Source of the DNA: a virus
Lineage: Duplodnaviria; Caudoviricetes
DNA length: 59,151 nucleotides
Strand: one strand, 5' to 3'
IMG/VR virus record: IMGVR_UViG_3300048837_000495
Coordinates: 1 to 59,151 of that record
Part shown: in pieces, positions 1-7,965 of the stretch
How positions within the stretch are numbered: position 1 is the stretch's first letter
Layout of the letters: each line of letters begins with the position of its first letter
Translations under genes and position numbers: made by a program
The notes under the pieces: generated by a model
Seen by the model: the letters and a program-made list of their open reading frames with translations, nothing else
The model's database searches: none
Told to the model about the DNA's origin: nothing

Positions 1-10
1 TTTTTTATTA

Positions 11-144
11 TGCTCGGTTTCTCGGTTGCTCGGTTGCTCGGTTGCTCGGTTGCTCGGTTGCTCGGTTGCTCGGTTGCTCGGTTGCTCGGTTGCTCGGTTG
101 CTCGGTTGCTCGGTTGCTCGGTTGCTCGGTTGCTCGGTTGCTCG
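11..144. repeat. Left terminal tandem array of octamer GGTTGCTC (~16-17 units, one GGTTTCTC variant)
   Basis: Directly visible 8-bp periodic sequence. Confidence 0.97.
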
Positions 145-291
145 CCAGGTATCGAGGGGCCGGGGCTTGTCGTGTTTTTCTAGGGAGGGGGGCTGGGGGG
201 AAACGGTCGGCGGGGGCGCCCGGCTATTTCATACCCTCTCACACACGACACAAAAAATTCCTCAAATTTAACGTAAACCACGTAATACCTC

Positions 292-320
292 TTGACCTAC
301 CGCTAAAAACCTAGTACCGT
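292..320 (+). promoter_or_regulatory. Putative sigma70 promoter for the right-facing arm
   Basis: TTGACC-17bp-TACCGT, then GGGAGG SD upstream of ATG 345. Confidence 0.55.
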
Positions 321-344
321 GTAACGAAAAAGGGAGGAACGCAG

Positions 345-635
345 ATGCGAAAAATTCGAAACCCACTAACCGGCAGTAGATCAGATATTGTGATCGTGCT
401 GGCTATGTTGTGCGCTCAGGATGGTTGCGACGGCGAACCGTACGACCAGATGATGGAAGCGGCAGAGTATATATCTGACCTGCGCGGACATATAAGTGAT
501 CTACGCGAAGCACTCGAGGCAGTAGTAAGAGACCATGAGTGGCTTGCAAATATCGCTGATATACAAAACATGCCGCGCCCAGAGTGGTATAACAAAGCGC
601 AGGCAGCACTTAAATTAACTAGAAACGATGATTAA
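345..635 (+). CDS. Hypothetical protein
   Basis: 96-aa ORF, strong SD, overlaps next gene start. Confidence 0.75.
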   Translation: MRKIRNPLTGSRSDIVIVLAMLCAQDGCDGEPYDQMMEAAEYISDLRGHISDLREALEAVVRDHEWLANIADIQNMPRPEWYNKAQAALKLTRNDD

Positions 636-969
636 ACTCACAGGTTGCAGACTGTCCGAATCAGCGTTCAGCGATGGAAATCGTAGATGGGAAGCTACGG
701 ACCTCGTGCAGTATGCAAAAGGTCTGCCAGTTTACAAACTGCCGTTGAAATATTTAGACCTTTCAATTATGCCGTTTACCGTGACGAATGTCGTTTCGTT
801 GGCGAACCACATCAAGCGAGTCAACGAAACTGACCTAGCCTACCCGGTGATTGTCGGTCCGAGCGGTAACATCCTCGATGGCTGGCATCGCGTGGTTAAG
901 GCCCTGCTCGCTGGCCAGGAGTTTGTCAAAGCTGTTCGGCTTACTACAATGCCGCCGTCGAGCGAGTAA
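628..969 (+). CDS. ParB/Srx N-terminal-like domain protein
   Basis: YPVIV...ILDGWHRVVKA motif. Confidence 0.7.
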   Translation: MIKLTGCRLSESAFSDGNRRWEATDLVQYAKGLPVYKLPLKYLDLSIMPFTVTNVVSLANHIKRVNETDLAYPVIVGPSGNILDGWHRVVKALLAGQEFVKAVRLTTMPPSSE

Positions 970-993
970 CCACAGAGTGTAACACCTTTTTAC

Positions 994-1022
994 TTGACCG
1001 CCCTGCCAAAATGGTGTAACAT
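994..1022 (+). promoter_or_regulatory. Putative sigma70 promoter, probably giving a leaderless mRNA for the ORF at 1030
   Basis: TTGACC-17bp-TAACAT; ATG 7 nt downstream with no clear SD. Confidence 0.55.
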
Positions 1023-1029
1023 TGAGACT

Positions 1030-1545
1030 ATGGACACCTCCGCTGCGGCAGACATACTGGATTTTCAGATCGGCGACATGCCGGACTTTTGTTTCGACCC
1101 TCCAGCGCTGGACACTTCAAACCAGCGACTCCCCGCTCCTCGCTCAAAAATCGGCCAGCAACCGGCGGCAACCAACGCCTGGGACCCGAGGCTTATTCTC
1201 GACCTCGCCCTCCGCGTGGACAGCCTGGATGACATCCTGGCCCGGTACTCGCTCACTCGTCAGGAATACGACAAACTCAGCGATGTGCCGGCGTTCAGGC
1301 GCGACCTGGCGGTTACCATCCGGGATGTCCGGGAAAACGGAGCGACGTTTCGCCAGAAGGCAAAAATCCAAGCAGAGTCCTATTTGGATGTGCTGGATGA
1401 ACTGGTTTACGCCGACGATACCTCGGCAAATGTCCGTCTGGATGCCATCAAGTTCGCCGTTCGTTGCGCTGACCTAGAGCCGAAAGAAACGAAGGCCGAG
1501 GCGCAGAACGCGACACAGGTCAATGTAAACATAAATCTCGGGTGA
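1030..1545 (+). CDS. Probable terminase small subunit
   Basis: Helical ~170-aa protein with C-terminal beta-strand QVNVNINLG, next to the genome end and upstream of TerL; start moved from TTG 994 to ATG 1030. Confidence 0.5.
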   Translation: MDTSAAADILDFQIGDMPDFCFDPPALDTSNQRLPAPRSKIGQQPAATNAWDPRLILDLALRVDSLDDILARYSLTRQEYDKLSDVPAFRRDLAVTIRDVRENGATFRQKAKIQAESYLDVLDELVYADDTSANVRLDAIKFAVRCADLEPKETKAEAQNATQVNVNINLG

Positions 1546-1609
1546 CGTGGCTGCGCAGGGCTCACCAGAGTAACGTTGCACTTTAACTGATTCACACAAG
1601 GAGCCCACC

Positions 1610-1984
1610 ATGGCTGGAGCCTCGAGCACTTTCTCCTAGGAGTATAACAACAACAGTAATGATCTGCCGGGGCGCACCAAGGGCTTTGCTTATGCCTTCG
1701 TCGCCGACAACGCCACCGCGGCATTCACCGCTCACACGACCGCGCTTTCGTTTGACGGGGCTCTGGCTGCTGTAGGTGTAAAGTTCGGCACCACGGCGCC
1801 GGATAGCCTCACTGTGACGGTCGCAGATGTTCTTGGGGTCACTGTAGCGGCTGGCACGGTAACTGCGTCTGGATATCTCGCGCTTGACCGCCCGATGTAT
1901 TTTACTCCTGGACCGCTAACTATTACGCTCTCTGGCAACACGACGAACAGCGCAGCGGCGACTGTCGCTTTGACTTTTGCATAA
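1610..1984 (+). pseudogene. 124-codon virion-like beta-rich protein gene with in-frame TAG at codon 10 (readthrough, nonsense allele or error)
   Basis: AAGGAG SD, ATG 1610, TAG 1637-1639, then open to TAA 1984, which abuts the SD of the next gene; absent from the ORF track. Confidence 0.7.
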
Positions 1985-1993
1985 GGAGTAGCA

Positions 1994-2512
1994 ATGAAAA
2001 CACTCGTACTCGCAGTATCACTTTTGGCCCTCACAGGATGCTCGGCGCTGTTTGGCACTGGCGACTACGGCCAGTATTCAGAGGCTCTTCAATCGCACTC
2101 CGACGCCGAATCGCGCCGCATCGTGGCTCAGTCTTCGGCCATCGCGGAAGCTGCTGCCGTGCCAACCTCCACGCCCACCGAGAGAGCGCTCCTTGCCACC
2201 ATCGCCATGATGCAGATTGAGCGTTTGCAACCGACGCCGCTCGGAATCACGAAACCAACAACCGGCATGGACGTGATGGGCAAGGTTGTTGATGTCGTCC
2301 CTTTTGTTTCATCGACGGCAGGACTCACGTACCTTGGAGTAAAGGCCACACAGGCGGCCGGAAATGTCGAGATCGGGGAAAACGCGACTGTGAGTGGATC
2401 ACTCAACAGACCGAGCGCGACCTCAATTGGCGACGGCGCTACGGCGAATATGCAGCCGTATGAGGTACGACCTGAGGTAGTCAATCCGGTAATTGCTCCT
2501 GCTGCGGAATGA
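1994..2512 (+). CDS. Putative lipoprotein
   Basis: MKT-hydrophobic stretch-LTGC lipobox; SD AAGGAG. Confidence 0.7.
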   Translation: MKTLVLAVSLLALTGCSALFGTGDYGQYSEALQSHSDAESRRIVAQSSAIAEAAAVPTSTPTERALLATIAMMQIERLQPTPLGITKPTTGMDVMGKVVDVVPFVSSTAGLTYLGVKATQAAGNVEIGENATVSGSLNRPSATSIGDGATANMQPYEVRPEVVNPVIAPAAE

Positions 2513-2610
2513 TTTACAAACTAGGCGAGTGGTACATAAAGTTTCTTCTGATATGCCTATGCGCTGCATGGGCTACGTTCTTAATTCTAGCGGCTATAGT
2601 GAGGTAGCGA

Positions 2611-3033
2611 ATGGCACTTACCCAAGGTATTGCCCTCCAAGCGAAGCAGGATTGGCTGTCCGGTGTTCACGCCGCTGCCGATACGTATAAGATTGCACTT
2701 TACACAAGCTCGGCAACATACGGGCCGACAACGACTACGTACAGTAGCACGAATGAAGTAGCCAATGGCAACGGATATACTACAGGAGGCGCAACGCTTT
2801 CTGGGTTCAACGTTACGCTTGATGGTACTACTGCTATTCTCGATTTCACAACAGACCCAACATGGGCAGCGGCAACAATCACAGCCAGAGGGTTCATGAT
2901 TTACAACTCGTCGAAATCAAATAAGGTGCTTTTTGTCGGTGATTTCGGCAGCGATGTATCGTCTACAAACGATACGTTTACTGTTTCGTTCCCGGCGCCG
3001 GCGGCCTCTACCGGCTTAATCCGCATTGCATAG
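2611..3033 (+). CDS. Virion structural/tail appendage protein
   Basis: YKIALYTS...NEV..GNGYTTGG pattern typical of phage tail-associated beta proteins. Confidence 0.65.
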   Translation: MALTQGIALQAKQDWLSGVHAAADTYKIALYTSSATYGPTTTTYSSTNEVANGNGYTTGGATLSGFNVTLDGTTAILDFTTDPTWAAATITARGFMIYNSSKSNKVLFVGDFGSDVSSTNDTFTVSFPAPAASTGLIRIA

Positions 3034-3040
3034 GTGATGT

Positions 3041-3976
3041 ATGGCTGCGCCGATAGTGTACCGGTGGGATGATTCTGGGGCCCCCGTAGCCCGCGGAGAA
3101 CGAGCAAGTTTGTGCGATATTCTTTACGCCTGTCTGGTTACAGGATATGGGACGAAGCCGGCAGCAGGTTGGACGCGCGAGTTCGTCAACGCAACCTTCG
3201 ACAAGGCGGTGTTTCAAAATGATCCATCTGCCGGGACAGGATTTTATCTGCAAGTCGATGGGTATGGCGCCGCCAATGCGTACACACCGAAAGTGCAAGG
3301 CTATGAGGCTATGACATCTGTCGATGACGGCCTATTTCCGTTCAACGCTTCTGCTCAGACAATTCCGCTGTCAAACGCAGCTAATACCACAGCCCGACCG
3401 TGGCTACTGATAGCAGACAATCTTGCCTTCTATTTCGTTTGCTGGTCGCAAAGCACTTCCACCCCCGGAGACACCAGTTATATAGCCTCCAAAATGTTTT
3501 TTGGAGATATAGTGCCATTTAGTGCAAACGATGAGTTTGCATGTGCCTTATCTGCCAACGGGCCGTATGGCTCGTTCGGCCCTCTCAATAGTCCTTCGGC
3601 GACAGCAGGTGTTTTAGGGACATCGGGTATTGCTATGCCGAGGCGTGCTGACGGGTCATCTGGGTCTATACTCCCTGTGCTTGTACGCGGTGGCGGGCCT
3701 GGGGCTGATATGTACCAGGGCTCGGCAGGAGTACCTTACACAGTTGGCGGGCAGATACTTATAGCAAGGCCACACATTAACAATGCTGCCGCCAATACAA
3801 TTCGCGGATGGTTGCCAGGGCTCTACTACCCTTGCCACCAGCTTGCCTTCTCTCAATTTCAAAACGTTTCCGTTGACGGGCTCAACTTTGTTAGCTTGCG
3901 GCACAACTCCAACAACTCAGCAAGCTCAGCAACGATAGAAAATTACTTTTTATCTCTCGATGACTGGAGGGTGTGA
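3041..3976 (+). CDS. Putative tail fibre/appendage protein
   Basis: N-terminal YRWDDSGAP...DILYACLVTGYG pattern recalled from phage tail proteins. Confidence 0.55.
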   Translation: MAAPIVYRWDDSGAPVARGERASLCDILYACLVTGYGTKPAAGWTREFVNATFDKAVFQNDPSAGTGFYLQVDGYGAANAYTPKVQGYEAMTSVDDGLFPFNASAQTIPLSNAANTTARPWLLIADNLAFYFVCWSQSTSTPGDTSYIASKMFFGDIVPFSANDEFACALSANGPYGSFGPLNSPSATAGVLGTSGIAMPRRADGSSGSILPVLVRGGGPGADMYQGSAGVPYTVGGQILIARPHINNAAANTIRGWLPGLYYPCHQLAFSQFQNVSVDGLNFVSLRHNSNNSASSATIENYFLSLDDWRV

Positions 3977-4263
3977 TGCTTTTCGATTTCCTGGTATTTG
4001 GAGAGCAACCTGCCCCAACCATTCGACACCGCCTGGCGGGGACGGTCACAGTCGACGGGCAACCAGCCGCTCGTCTGGTCTGTGTGTTTGACCGACTGAC
4101 CATGGTGTTGCTCGCCGCCAAATGGAGCGATCCGGCCACCGGAGCCTGGGAGATAGCTGGGTTGTCGGAATATCCGGAGGGGGGTATATTTGTTATTGCG
4201 TCGGGCCATCCAGCGACCGAAAATGCAGCGGTGTTTGACTCTGTTTCGCAGGTGGCTTCGTGA
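3973..4263 (+). CDS. Small beta-sandwich protein accompanying the tail fibre gene
   Basis: AGTVTVDGQPAARLVCVFDR; overlapping start/stop. Confidence 0.55.
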   Translation: MMLFDFLVFGEQPAPTIRHRLAGTVTVDGQPAARLVCVFDRLTMVLLAAKWSDPATGAWEIAGLSEYPEGGIFVIASGHPATENAAVFDSVSQVAS

Positions 4264-5018
4264 GCTATACCCCGCCGTCAGGAAGTAGCGTAGGGTTTTC
4301 TGTCGGCAGCAGTTATATTCCGCCTGCTGGCGGTACTATTGATTTTGAATTAGGTGAGACTTCTGGCGCGGCAACAGCGTCTGCTACCGGCGTCTCGGCT
4401 ACAAGCACTGCTGGCTCTGCTACCGGTAAAGGGGCAGCAGCCGTTATCGTCTCAGGCGTAATCGCGGAGGTTTATTTTGGGCAAGTTACGGCCGGAGTAT
4501 CGGCTGTTGCCCAGGTGTCGGGGGCGCAACTGTCGTCTGCGGACGGTACTGCGGTTGCTGCCGGGAAGGCGTTTATCGCGCCGTCTGGTTATCTGCTTGA
4601 AACAGCACATGGATTGTCTACCGCTGACGGCGGCGTGGTTCATATACCAGCAGTCGCATATGCCGTTGGGGAGTTTATTTCTGCTTTTGATGGAGACTCC
4701 GCAGCTAAAGGCAAGTGCAGCGCAACGGCCTCCGGATCAATTGCAGAAATACTTTCCTCGCTCGCGTCTGCCAGCGGCGCATGTACTGTCGTTTGTACCG
4801 GAGGCGTAGTTTTTGTATACGCTGGGAGTGTAGCAGCAGAGCATGTCGCGCGAGTTTTTGCTACGCCGCTCGCTTACGCAGATAGGACGACAGAAATTTT
4901 TTCACGAAAAGCTGTTTTACCGCGAACTTCCGACGGAAATGTGGTATTGTCTTTTTCTAATAAGGTTTCAAAGACCGTCGTTTCCGATACTTCAACGACG
5001 CAAGAGGTAAACCGATGA
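4260..5018 (+). CDS. Ala/Gly/Ser-rich virion structural protein
   Basis: Repeated Y[TI]PP.G...V/I.F N-terminus; coupled ORF. Confidence 0.6.
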   Translation: MSYTPPSGSSVGFSVGSSYIPPAGGTIDFELGETSGAATASATGVSATSTAGSATGKGAAAVIVSGVIAEVYFGQVTAGVSAVAQVSGAQLSSADGTAVAAGKAFIAPSGYLLETAHGLSTADGGVVHIPAVAYAVGEFISAFDGDSAAKGKCSATASGSIAEILSSLASASGACTVVCTGGVVFVYAGSVAAEHVARVFATPLAYADRTTEIFSRKAVLPRTSDGNVVLSFSNKVSKTVVSDTSTTQEVNR

Positions 5019-5350
5019 GCACTCCGTACATTGTCACTGGGGATAACACAGCACTACCTGTTCAGTTAAAGAAAAATCGTGCGGTTTTCAATATACCCCA
5101 AGACGCTGTGGTGAAGGTTGCTATAGTCTCATCCGATCACGGAGTAGCATATACAGCCGCGGTTGAGCAGAGTTACGCCGCTACCGGAGCAGATTGGGCG
5201 AACTCTCTTATTGTTCTCGAACTGCCGGCGGAAGAAACAGCAAATGTGTCGTACAGTGGCCCTGCTAAACTTGAGGTACAGGTTACTAACGATGGTGTAG
5301 ATGATACATGGTTCGTTGACGTTGAGTTAATCAGGGGGCACGTATCGTGA
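5015..5350 (+). CDS. Structural protein, possibly BppU-N-like Ig fold
   Basis: TGDN...V.L...AKLEVQVT pattern. Confidence 0.5.
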   Translation: MSTPYIVTGDNTALPVQLKKNRAVFNIPQDAVVKVAIVSSDHGVAYTAAVEQSYAATGADWANSLIVLELPAEETANVSYSGPAKLEVQVTNDGVDDTWFVDVELIRGHVS

Positions 5351-5526
5351 CGCGAATAACCACTATAAACGTTTCTGACGGACGAACCGGAAGTGTAAAC
5401 GAACTAAGGTGTTTGCAATGCACCCTTGATACGCCGTGTGTGTCTGTGTCTGACGGGCTTGATGTGTGCGAGTTTTATGTCTGTTCTGGCGGCATTGAGT
5501 ACTGCACTCTGAACGACGAGGAATAA
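5347..5526 (+). CDS. Small Cys-rich protein (59 aa)
   Basis: GTG overlaps upstream TGA; CLQC, C, C, C, C; below ORF-track cutoff. Confidence 0.5.
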   Translation: MTRITTINVSDGRTGSVNELRCLQCTLDTPCVSVSDGLDVCEFYVCSGGIEYCTLNDEE

Positions 5527-5530
5527 AGTT

Positions 5531-5608
5531 ATGATTTGTTGCTATTGTGGGTATGAAATTGAGGACGGAGACGGTGTATGCTGCCCGAATTGCGGACGAC
5601 CAATTTGA
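5531..5608 (+). CDS. 25-aa zinc-ribbon microprotein
   Basis: MICCYCGYEIEDGDGVCCPNCGRPI, two CxxCG knuckles; GAGG upstream. Confidence 0.5.
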   Translation: MICCYCGYEIEDGDGVCCPNCGRPI

Positions 5609-5636
5609 GGCTGACTGATCCGGCTGGAGGTCGAAG

Positions 5637-5867
5637 ATGGAAGAGAAACGCAGCGAGTTAAAAATCGTATCAGTCGCACTCGCAATCATAGCTTGCCAGG
5701 TGCTGGGAATCGACGTAACCGCCCTGTCTGCTCTTCTCGGTGTTGAAGGGTCTGACATACTGGATACTATCAAGCAAGCGCACAGTGGAGACGGTGGGGC
5801 CTATGCTGCCGCTTTGGCTGGCGTGTATGCGCTTGCTCGGGCGTACGTCAAGGGGAAACTCAAGTGA
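5637..5867 (+). CDS. Holin-like membrane protein
   Basis: Hydrophobic segments, basic C-terminus, SD GGAGG, near lysozyme. Confidence 0.5.
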   Translation: MEEKRSELKIVSVALAIIACQVLGIDVTALSALLGVEGSDILDTIKQAHSGDGGAYAAALAGVYALARAYVKGKLK

Positions 5868-6325
5868 TACACACATACGAGCGCATAAATTACCTCGGCG
5901 CGTCGCTAGAGGTGCAGAGCTGGCTAAAGCCATTGTGGCCGTATGATATGCCGTTTGACAATTGGCCATCATTCTGCGGGGCTGGCGAAGGGATAGGAGA
6001 TTGGCTAATTCCTGACGGCATAGACTACGCCGACATATCTCCAGCGTGTTTCATCCACGATATGGATTTCGCCACACTCCCACGCCAGTGGTGGCCATTC
6101 CAGTGTGCTAATAACCGCTTATATTCAAACATCGTTGCCCTCGTAGAAACGCAGATAGTAGATAAGAAGAAGCTGTCAGACGCTTATTCAAAGGCAAGAC
6201 GTTATTTGGTAGGCGTTTCTGTTTTTGGCTGGTGGCATTTCTCGCCAGAGTCTGAGAATCCGTGGCAAAATAAAACTGTGCGGGATAAACTGAATCGTCT
6301 CGCCAAAGCACAATTGTTGATATGA
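5864..6325 (+). CDS. Phospholipase A2-like fold protein
   Basis: FCGAG...ISPACFIHD motif (CG...AC..HD). Confidence 0.5.
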   Translation: MIHTYERINYLGASLEVQSWLKPLWPYDMPFDNWPSFCGAGEGIGDWLIPDGIDYADISPACFIHDMDFATLPRQWWPFQCANNRLYSNIVALVETQIVDKKKLSDAYSKARRYLVGVSVFGWWHFSPESENPWQNKTVRDKLNRLAKAQLLI

Positions 6326-6666
6326 GCCCGACACCGCAACCAGACGAAACAAACTTCATCGCAGAATGGGCATGGAAGATAGCGGGTGTATTCGTTGCTT
6401 TCGTCGGCGGAATCGTGTCTGCCACCTGGGCCGTGGCCACCAAAGTGCGAGGCTACGATGACCGGCTCAAGGTTGTGGAAACATCTCAGACAAAATGCCA
6501 ATCGGAAACAATCAAGGGGATATCTGAAAAGCTGGACGAATTGCCAGACAGAATCGAGGCCAAGATGGAGGCTAGGTTCAGCCGCATTCACGAGCGCATA
6601 GACGAGGCGCTACTCGGAAAACGGCATTCAGACGACATGCCGCGGCGCCCACATACGAGGGATTGA
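6322..6666 (+). CDS. Single-TM coiled-coil protein (lysis-associated)
   Basis: N-terminal TM helix then heptad-like region, just upstream of lysozyme. Confidence 0.55.
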   Translation: MSPTPQPDETNFIAEWAWKIAGVFVAFVGGIVSATWAVATKVRGYDDRLKVVETSQTKCQSETIKGISEKLDELPDRIEAKMEARFSRIHERIDEALLGKRHSDDMPRRPHTRD

Positions 6667-6667
6667 T

Positions 6668-7105
6668 ATGGCTACCGTTGACCAGATCGAGAAGATACTC
6701 GCGGCGGAATCGCTGTTGCAGCAGGTCAAGAGGCATGAGGGTTTCCACCCGCGCCCCTACCGATGCCCCGCAGGGAAACTCACGATTGGGTACGGCCTCA
6801 ATCTTGACGCTGGTATATCAGAACGACTGGCGTCGCAGATCCTTGAATGGCAGCTTGACTACGTCCGTTCTGGTCTTGCCGGGATGCTACCGTTCTGGTC
6901 GAAACTTTCTCCGTCGCGGCAGGACGTTTTCGTCAATATGGCGTTCAATCTAGGCATGGCTGGGCTGTTCGGATTTCGGCGTATGCTGGAGGCCGCTGAT
7001 CGTGGTAACGTCGAGGGCGTGTGCGCTGAGATGAAGAACAGCAAATGGGCGAAGCAAGTTGGCGCCAGGGCAGACGAACTTATCGAGCAATATAGAAAAG
7101 GATAA
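6668..7105 (+). CDS. Endolysin, GH24/T4-type lysozyme
   Basis: HEG...PYRCPAGKLTIGYG, NMAFNLG, SKWAKQVGARA. Confidence 0.9.
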   Translation: MATVDQIEKILAAESLLQQVKRHEGFHPRPYRCPAGKLTIGYGLNLDAGISERLASQILEWQLDYVRSGLAGMLPFWSKLSPSRQDVFVNMAFNLGMAGLFGFRRMLEAADRGNVEGVCAEMKNSKWAKQVGARADELIEQYRKG

Positions 7106-7107
7106 GC

Positions 7108-7965
7108 ATGACTTGGTCAGCGGAGCAGGTAGAAGAAACAGTTGTTTCTCTGAAAATCGGGGCGCAGCGCGTTAAGAGCTGGGAACAGTGGGTGCTGCTT
7201 ACCTCCGATGTTCATCTTGACAATCCTCTATGTAACAGGCAGCTTTACAAAAAACATCTCGAGCAGGCCAAGGAGCGCAATGCTCCTGTTTTTGATTTCG
7301 GCGACTTCTTCTGCGCCATGCAAGGGAGAAAAGACCCACGGCATGAGAAAGGACATGTTCGACCGGAGAACAACACCGGCGATTATTACGGCTCCCTTGT
7401 TCGTGGAAACTACGAGTTTATCTCGCCATATTCGCAACTTATGGCGCTGCTCTGTAAGGGAAACCACGAAAGTTCGATTCTCAAACACAGCGAGATAGAC
7501 TTAACGCGGGCCATAGTTGACAGAATAAACGACAAAGGCGGAAGCGCACTGGTTGGAGGATACCGTGGGTGGGTATTATTTAGGATTACTAGCGGGCGGC
7601 ACCAGCAAACTTTTCGCATGTATTATACTCACGGATCTGGCGGAAGCGCTCCAGTTACAAAAGGTGTAATTAGAACGAATCGAAGAGCTTCGTTCATCGA
7701 CGCTGACATAATTGTAGGTGGACATATTCATGAGTCGTGGGCGCTTGAGTTGTGCCGCGTAGGAGTTAATGAGGCCGGTAGAGAAGGAGTAACCGACCAA
7801 CTTCATTTATGCGTTTCTACATACAAGGAAGAGTTTAAGCACACGGGCACAGGGTTTCATCACGAAAAAGAAGGTGCGCCAAAGCCACTCGGTGGGTGGT
7901 GGCTACGGTTCTTTTGGGATGCACAGAAGGGTAAGTTTGGCTACGAGTACATGCGAGCAAAGTGA
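7108..7965 (+). CDS. Calcineurin-like metallophosphoesterase
   Basis: SDVH, GDF, GNHE, THG, GHIHE motifs. Confidence 0.85.
   Translation: MTWSAEQVEETVVSLKIGAQRVKSWEQWVLLTSDVHLDNPLCNRQLYKKHLEQAKERNAPVFDFGDFFCAMQGRKDPRHEKGHVRPENNTGDYYGSLVRGNYEFISPYSQLMALLCKGNHESSILKHSEIDLTRAIVDRINDKGGSALVGGYRGWVLFRITSGRHQQTFRMYYTHGSGGSAPVTKGVIRTNRRASFIDADIIVGGHIHESWALELCRVGVNEAGREGVTDQLHLCVSTYKEEFKHTGTGFHHEKEGAPKPLGGWWLRFFWDAQKGKFGYEYMRAK

Noticed and set aside
11-144. Terminal arrays or the 27-bp repeats at 50888 as CRISPR arrays
   Set aside because: No unique spacers; the Cas4-like nuclease is an ordinary phage replication-module gene
26-314. ORFs translating as LLGCSVAR repeats
   Set aside because: By-product of the stop-free octamer array; no SD
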